Source of the DNA: Eledone cirrhosa
Taxonomy: Eukaryota
Direction of reading: 5' to 3'
DNA length: 64,000 nucleotides
Assembly: GCA_964016885.1 (NCBI GenBank)
Contig: OZ024741.1
Coordinates: 127,224,001-127,288,000, forward strand
Shown: piece after piece, positions 57,187 to 64,000 of the stretch
Layout: each line of letters starts with the position of its first letter
Numbering within the stretch: position 1 is the stretch's first letter
Position numbers and translations under genes: made by a program
Notes under the pieces: model-generated
Told to the model about the DNA's origin: nothing
The model's database searches: none
What the model saw: only the letters and a program-made list of their open reading frames with translations

Positions 57187-57667
57187 CTAGCAGAAAAAAC
57201 CACCCTTCGGGTGGTTTTCTGCTAGCATGTGTAGTGTGTATATTGATATTATACGCAAGTATATATGCATGTTGATATGATCAAATAAAATCATAATTGA
57301 CAATATACACAGAAATTGAACGAAGACTGTGTTACACTGCCTTATGTAATCAGTAACGTAATCCATGATACATTAAAAAAAGACGATATTATATATAAAC
57401 TGCATTAGGAGAAAATTAGTGACAGAAATATATGAATATTTATTTAAACGATCACTAACCGGGAGTGTTGACATTTTAAAATTTTAAAGAAAGGAATCTT
57501 TAAATAAGTAATAACATATATTTAATGAACAGCCACGAAATTTAGTGGATAAATTATGTAATATTCATTCATTATTTATTCAAAGTAATCCAACTTATTT
57601 TACTAAGGGGATAAAAAAATTATAAACCGTACGCAGTCCCGCGCTTCCTACTTTATTATAGTTTAGA
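57187..57667 (-). mobile_element. Non-autonomous Helitron-like element
   Basis: 5' TC after A, 3' CTAG before T, subterminal hairpin CCACCC(GAA)GGGTGG. Confidence 0.65.
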
Positions 57668-57802
57668 TGTATGTATAGATATATAACAGCATTTTGTAGC
57701 TTGCTTGAAGCATTGTTGAATATGAAATACAAATTTAAATTTGTGTTTCATATATATAAAGAGAGAGGGACGGGGTAGATAGATAGATAGATAGATAGAT
57801 AG

Positions 57803-57984
57803 ATTTCTTTATTAGCCACAAGGGCGCACAAGAAAAGGGGACAATACAAAGACATGCCGGGGATTTTACATACAGTCGTGTAAAAAATATAAAAACAAAC
57901 AATTACAGCAATCGAAATCCCCAATAGGGGGAGGCGCCACAAATGGGTTGTTTAATACCCCGTCGATAGAACAACCCTCAACTA
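57803..57984 (-). mobile_element. Tx1-type LINE 3' end fragment (another at 63719 to ~63960)
   Basis: AATAAAGAAA-(TCTA)n terminus, homologous to the 3' end of the long element. Confidence 0.8.
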
Positions 57985-58231
57985 TAGATAGATAGATAAC
58001 TTTCTTTATTTGCCACTAGGGCATAAAAGATTGGGACAAATACAAGGGGGGGGGGAGTTTACATACAATAAAAGCGTGTACAAAAATTATAACAGTTCAA
58101 AATCAAACAAACGAAATTCTCAATAGGGGGCGTTGACATGGGTCACACACAACCCCGAATAAAATGTGCAACCCTCCTCCTCGGGAGCACAAAGAGCGGT
58201 GCTCCCTTCCTCTCCTCCTTCTCCTCCTCTC

Positions 58232-61200
58232 TCACCTACAGGCTGATATTCTCGCCACTTTCACCCACCTTTCATAAAACGTGCTGGGGTAGAGCACCTC
58301 TCTCTCCATTCTGATCCTTCTTCCAAAATGGTATTTGAAAATAAGGACCAGTTGTTGGCCGGAGAGAAAGGTGTTCGCCCTCAGCCCTTTCAGCCTCGTC
58401 CACCATACAACCTCTTTAGCCATGGCTATCACACAGAGTAAAACCGCCTCTCCTTGGTTTTTGAAGGGGGAGAGGCGGCTTGATCGTGACAATGGACTCG
58501 GTGGTCAACCGGATTGGTCCCACCCGCGACAGTAGTCGTTTCACATAGCCTCACAAGTCCGCAACGCCTGGGCAGTGTACGAATGCGTGCGCGACGGTTT
58601 CCTGGTCGCGCACGCATCTCGGACAGATCTTTTTCGAGGGATCCTACCCGGGCGTCCGTGTCTGTAGAGCTTGTTCCGAACGGGTAGAGCCCCTCGGTAG
58701 CACTGCCAGGCGAGGGACTTTTGAAAGTTCACCATCGGTCCCATGCCAAACGTCTTCCTCCATGCCCAGAGCCTCTCCGTGAGCGTCGTCGCACCTGCTG
58801 CGAACCAACCCTCTATAGAATGTCAAGGTGGAGTCTCCACTGATTGCCGGATCCGCTTGCCAGAAGGCCGTGAGCGCCTGGGCACATTTAACGTGCCAGT
58901 CGCCCACTTTTCTCGGTATTTGCTTGACCCAAGATTGTAGCTCGGTGAGCGAGACGAGTCTCGGAAAGGCTCGTCTCTCAAATGGGACCCACACCGGTTG
59001 ACCGGTGAGGTGCCGTAGCCTTAAAGCGTGTTTACGCATCGCCAGCCACGGCATCCCCAGCCCTCCGTTCGAAGGGTGTTAACAGCAGATGGATCTTCTC
59101 ACCAAAGGGGCCCGGTTCTTCCAAAGGAATTGGAAGACCGACCGCGCGCTCCATTTTGGTGGGCGTTTTCGCTGGGCAAGGCACGACGGTCAGGCGGTAG
59201 TAGATGACGGACGCTATATAAGAGTTCGCCACCTCCGCCCGACCTTTCAGGGATAGTTTGCACTCGGCCCACTTCTGGGTCACTGCAAACACCCTGTTCG
59301 TTACCTCACCCCAGCTTTTCTCCACCTGGAGGTCTGGTCCGAACCAGACCCCGAGCAGCTTCAACGGTCCCTCCATCCAGCGTCCGACGACGCCGTCGGA
59401 GTGCATCGGTTTGCCTCTCAACGTTCCGAGTTGCAAACCGACGGACTGTCCCGGTTCAGCTTGGCTCCTGTAAACCTTTCGTATTCCTCCAGTAAGGTGC
59501 CGATCTCCCCGATTTGCGAGGCGCTCGACACCATTACTGTCACGTCATCGGCATAGGCCGACACCGCTTTCCGCAATCCTGTTTCCAAAGGGATGCCCTG
59601 CAACAGCTCCAACTTCCGCAGTAGTAGCTCGAGAGCCAGCACATACAGAAGGGAGGAGAGAGGGCACCCCTGTCGGATGGATCGCCTGATTTGGAACGGC
59701 TCCGAGAGGTAGCCGTTCACCTTGACCCTTGATCAGATGTTGCTGCTGTACATCGCAGCAATCCAGCCCCTGAAAACGGGTCCGAAACCTGCCGCCGCGA
59801 GCACCGCATCCAGGTAACGATAGTCAACCCTATCGAACGCCTTAGATTGATCCAAGTTGATCAGGGCCCCACCAAATCTGGGTTCATTCCCTACCCTCTC
59901 TACGATGTATCGCATGAGGTGGAGGTTGTCGTGAATGGACCTGGACGGGATTGCGCATGTCTGCGCTTCTCCCACCAGGTTCCCGACGACAAGCGTCAAC
60001 CTCTTCGCTAACACCATGGCCAAAATCTTTAACTCTGAATTTAGCAGAGTTATGGGCCTAAAATTACTTATCTCATGCCCCTTGTTCTCGTCCTTCCTCA
60101 CCAGCGTGACTACGCCCTTGGTCACAGAACTGGGAATTTTCCCGTTCTGTTTCCAGTTGCAGTAGATCGCCTCGAGGAGATCGGATAACAAGTCCGGCAT
60201 TGCTACATACAGTTCGTATGGTAGACCATCGAGACCCGGAGATTTGCGTTTGCAGCATTGGCTCAGCGCTTCCCCTATTTCAGCAGCTGAAATCGGCCTT
60301 TCGCAGGACTTCGCCTCCCCGTCCGAGAGCCGCGGTAGACCGTCGAGGTATGGACCGAAATCCATAGTCTCACCCGGCTACCCGCCCCTCTCGAACAGTC
60401 GTGCAAAGTGCCGCTGAAATGCCGCGCACATCCGCTCAGGTTCAAGGATCACACGCCCACCCTGGTCCTTCAAAGACCGAATCGTGGACTTGTTTCCATG
60501 TTTTGCCTCTGTCACTCGGGCCCAGCTAACAGCTTTGGCTCCCTCGTTACCCAGAGCACGTATTTTACTCCTGACAACACAGCCCTCGTGCTTCGCGTCA
60601 AAGAACTGGTCTATAGCCGTTTTTGACGCCAGCACGTTGGCCACGTGGCCACTCCTAATCGCCTCTTCTACTCTATCTACTAATTCCTTTTCAGTTTTAT
60701 TCCTACCTCTTGTTAATTCCTGACTAAAACCTGTCGATTCTATTCTAATTGCTCTCTTGAGAGAGCCCCACCACCTGCTGTTGACAATTGCCCCTGTCAA
60801 CCGCTGCTTAACTAAAGTGCTAATCCGTTTACTGTAAGCTTTGCTTGTCGGTAAGGACAAGTTTAGCTTCCAGTAACCGGGTCCCTGACTATGGGTTCTA
60901 TCATGGTTGACTATGCAGGTCACTAACTTGTGATCCGAATAGTCAACCATGAACATTTTTGGACAGCTTAATATGTCCCTATCCTTATTTCTAACTAGGA
61001 CCCTATCTAGGTACGACCTAGATGTTCCGCTGAGGTTAGTCCACGTCCACAGTGGCACAGTCGGAAAATCTAGTCGATATCTATCGGCCAGGTCAAATCG
61101 GCCGATTAACCGTTTGAAGCTGTTACACCCCTCTATCGGAATATGCCCCTACATAGTCCCAACGTGCATCCAGGATACCATTCCAGGCCCCCACCAAAAA

Positions 61201-61612
61201 CAAGGAGCGTGACGTTCCTAGAAAAGCCTCTAAGCGTTGGAAGATGTCCGGCCGGGATGTACCAGATGGGGCATACGCGGCCACCAGCCTAAAGGCTCCA
61301 CCTTCACCACTGCCGACGTCTAGAACCACCAGTCAACCCTCCGGGTCCAGGTGTACCTTCTGTGTGGCGAGGCCCAGGTGTTTTCGGAGCATAACGACAT
61401 CCCCACCCCCACCCCCACCCCGGCTGACAGAGAGGTGCGTAGATCTCAAAGTCGTCGAAGATGGGAGCCTGTTGGCGCTCGCTGCTGATCCTGGACTCGC
61501 AAATATCCATTACATCCACTCTGTGCGACCTGAGGTCATTTAAGAGTTTGTCCTGTTTCCAGGACATCCCCAGGCCCCGTGCATTCACACATCCAACTCT
61601 TATATTGGCCAT
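58232..61612 (-). pseudogene. Tx1-type ORF2 (APE endonuclease + RT), multiple frameshifts
   Basis: VNARGL, YAP, SRSYLDR, SDHKLV, GPGYWKLN, KSPGLDGLPYE, FRPITLLN, LDQSKAFDRV, RQGCPLS, AYADDVTV, LLGVWFG. Confidence 0.92.
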
Positions 61613-61649
61613 GTTGGTGCTGAAGAATTAAAAGGAAGAGGAAAAGAAA

Positions 61650-63417
61650 TTACTTACCTCTTCGTCTCCAGGGGACCAGGCTGCACAATTTCCATGGGGG
61701 TGTTGGAATGGTTGTTTGGTGGGGTGGTGGTTTGTGGTGGGGTGGGGGACATCAGTGTGTGGTGGGGTTGGGGTATTCGGTTAAATGGTTTGGTGCAGGG
61801 GGCCCCACATCCATTAGATGGTTCTTTTTCAGTGTTATATGGGTATCCATTGGGACCGTAATATCTTTAGGTGCGGTTTGCTCGCTGCGTAGGTGAAAGT
61901 GATCCCTTTGTTTCCACCGAAGGGTTATTGTCTATTGCTTTCATCAAGGTTTTATTGTTCTTGTTAATGTATGTATAGTGTTTTTGTTGTGTTGTGTTTG
62001 TTTTTGTTTGTTGTTCTTGTGTGTGTTTGCGTTTTGTTGTATGTGTTTTGTTTTCGGGAGGGGTGGTTTTTGTTTGGTCTGTTTGTTCTGTTTGTGTTGG
62101 TGTTTGTGTATTTGTTTCGTTTTTGTTCATGTGATGTCTCCTTTTTATTCTTTTCACGGGTTGGAAGGGTTCCCCCTCATCGAAACTGGGTGACGTTGGA
62201 AGGGGGTTCTCGTCTGTGTTGTATGGAAGGGGTATATTTTCGGGTTCTGTTGTGTCTATGTGTATTTTTGTATTTGTTTTGGGTGGGGAGCGGTTGGGTG
62301 TTGTTTTTTCTTGTTGTTTTTTGTTGTTGTGGTGGTTGTGGTTGTGTTGTTGTTTGTGGAGTAGGCAACAGCGCCTTTTTTTTATTTGTCAATTGAGGAC
62401 AGGCAGCCCTTAGGTGACCTCTGCTTGAGCAGTGGTAACATGTGAGCCGCCTACCCTCAACTGAGATGTTTATGAATGTCATACCATCCAGGGACACCCT
62501 CTGCGGTATTCTAGCGATTCGTTCTGGTCTCATTAGGACCAGAAGCTCCACGCTCGTACCGCCGAAAACGCCCCCGTTGCTTCTCCTATTGAAATGATCT
62601 TATCTTCATCCTCTAAGAATCCTGTTAGCACCCACCAAATGCTCGCATTTGACCGGATGCCCGAGATTCTAATTTTCTGGGTTCTTTTCCCCAAATATGT
62701 AGGGAAAAAGGTGTATAACTTTGATACAATTGGCGAAACAGAATATTTCTGGGCCGTCATTTGATCTTTCATTAAGACCGATATACTCCCATACAGTTTC
62801 CCTTTCTGTATGAAAGATATATCGGTCCATGCATTCTTTAGTACCAGCTCAATTTCGCTTTGGGATAATTGAGCCGATTTTTTCGTTATGTTCGAAATTG
62901 TTCGGAAGGATAAGGTCCTCAGGACCGTATCTCTTCTAATTTCTTTGCGGGAGGTGATTGTAAATTCCTCTCCTTTCCCAAAAGTCACATAGTTCCTTGC
63001 TTCTTTTAACAATTCTTTTGCATTCGAAATGTCGAGTTGTCTGTAGGTCTGTGTCTCTCGTACCGCCTGTGCAAAGGAGGCTGCAGTTGTGGGTCCGTTT
63101 TGTTTGGTCTTGTTGTTATCATTGTTGTTTTCCTGTTTTTCTTTGTTGGTGTTTTCCTTTGCGCTGGTGTTGTTTGTGTTATCGTTGTTGGTGTTGTTGG
63201 CTGTGGTGTTCATGCTGTTATTAATTCCATTTGGGTTAGCACCCATTTTTACAAAATTTTTTGTTGTTAATTCCATATTCATTGTTTCTTTTTCGGAAGT
63301 GAGGAGGGAAGACTTAACACGTTGCGCTGCTTCTTTCTCTCTTTCACCTTGCTTGGGGAGCGTGGCACCGTGAGATGTAGAAATGGCGTCCATTATTACT
63401 GGCAAATTCGTCAACAA
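61650..63417 (-). pseudogene. Tx1-type ORF1 (gag-like, zinc knuckle), frameshifted
   Basis: SFAQAV motif; CYHCSSRGHLRAAC (CX2CX4HX4C). Confidence 0.8.
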
Positions 63418-63594
63418 ATTTTTACAATGAAAATTTCACCCCAAAAAGGGGCGAAAATTATTAACCCCAACGTCTGCAGTCCCAGGCGAGGGGTTAAATT
63501 AAACAATAAAAACAAATTTAACAATAAACTCACAATTATTTGTGTAAATATCCACAATACTCGAGGAGCGAAGTAAACCACGTCTCTCGTCACT

Positions 63595-63719
<125 letters not shown>

Positions 63720-64000
63720 TTCTTTATTTGCCACAAGGGCGCACGGGAAAAGGAGACAATACAAAGACACATGCCGGGGATTTTACATACAATCGTGTAA
63801 AAATATTATTAAAACAAACAAATTTAACAATCGAAATCTCCAATAGGGGGGAGGCGTTACAAATGGGTTGTTTAATACCCCGTCGATAGAACAACCCTCA
63901 ACTCCAGGAGCGTGTTGTGCAAGTGCTCCTTTATTCCTGTTGCTCTCATCTTCAACCTACAGGTTTATATACGGAGGCCCAATCGCTCGGGTCATTTTTG

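Overview
AT-rich eukaryotic DNA, probably intergenic or intronic, made almost entirely of microsatellites ((TA)n, (CA)n, (TATG)n, (GATA)n) and retroelements. The SINE types and repeat texture suggest a cephalopod such as Octopus (inference). Most entries in the ORF track are microsatellite artefacts. The real coding remnants belong to six Penelope-like element (PLE) insertions (four Naiad-like, one Neptune-like, one Nematis/Poseidon-like), a near full-length Tx1/L1-type LINE in (GATA)n, R4/Dong-type RLE LINE pieces in (TATG)n, and RTE fragments. tRNA-derived SINEs, Helitron-like elements and Tc1/mariner MITEs are also present. The main hidden signal is about 30 minimal type-I hammerhead ribozyme (HHR) motifs, intact or degenerate, from roughly 14 sequence families; several show compensatory stem changes. 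They sit in PLE pseudo-LTRs and in non-coding, tandemly permuted ~430-470 nt retrozyme-like monomers. Many of these insertions are fold-back structures with both 3' ends pointing outward into (TA)n tracts and one arm longer by a family-specific tail. Three families share an octamer plus TATA-like module about 80 nt upstream of the ribozyme. All motif calls were made by eye; element boundaries are approximate to a few nt.
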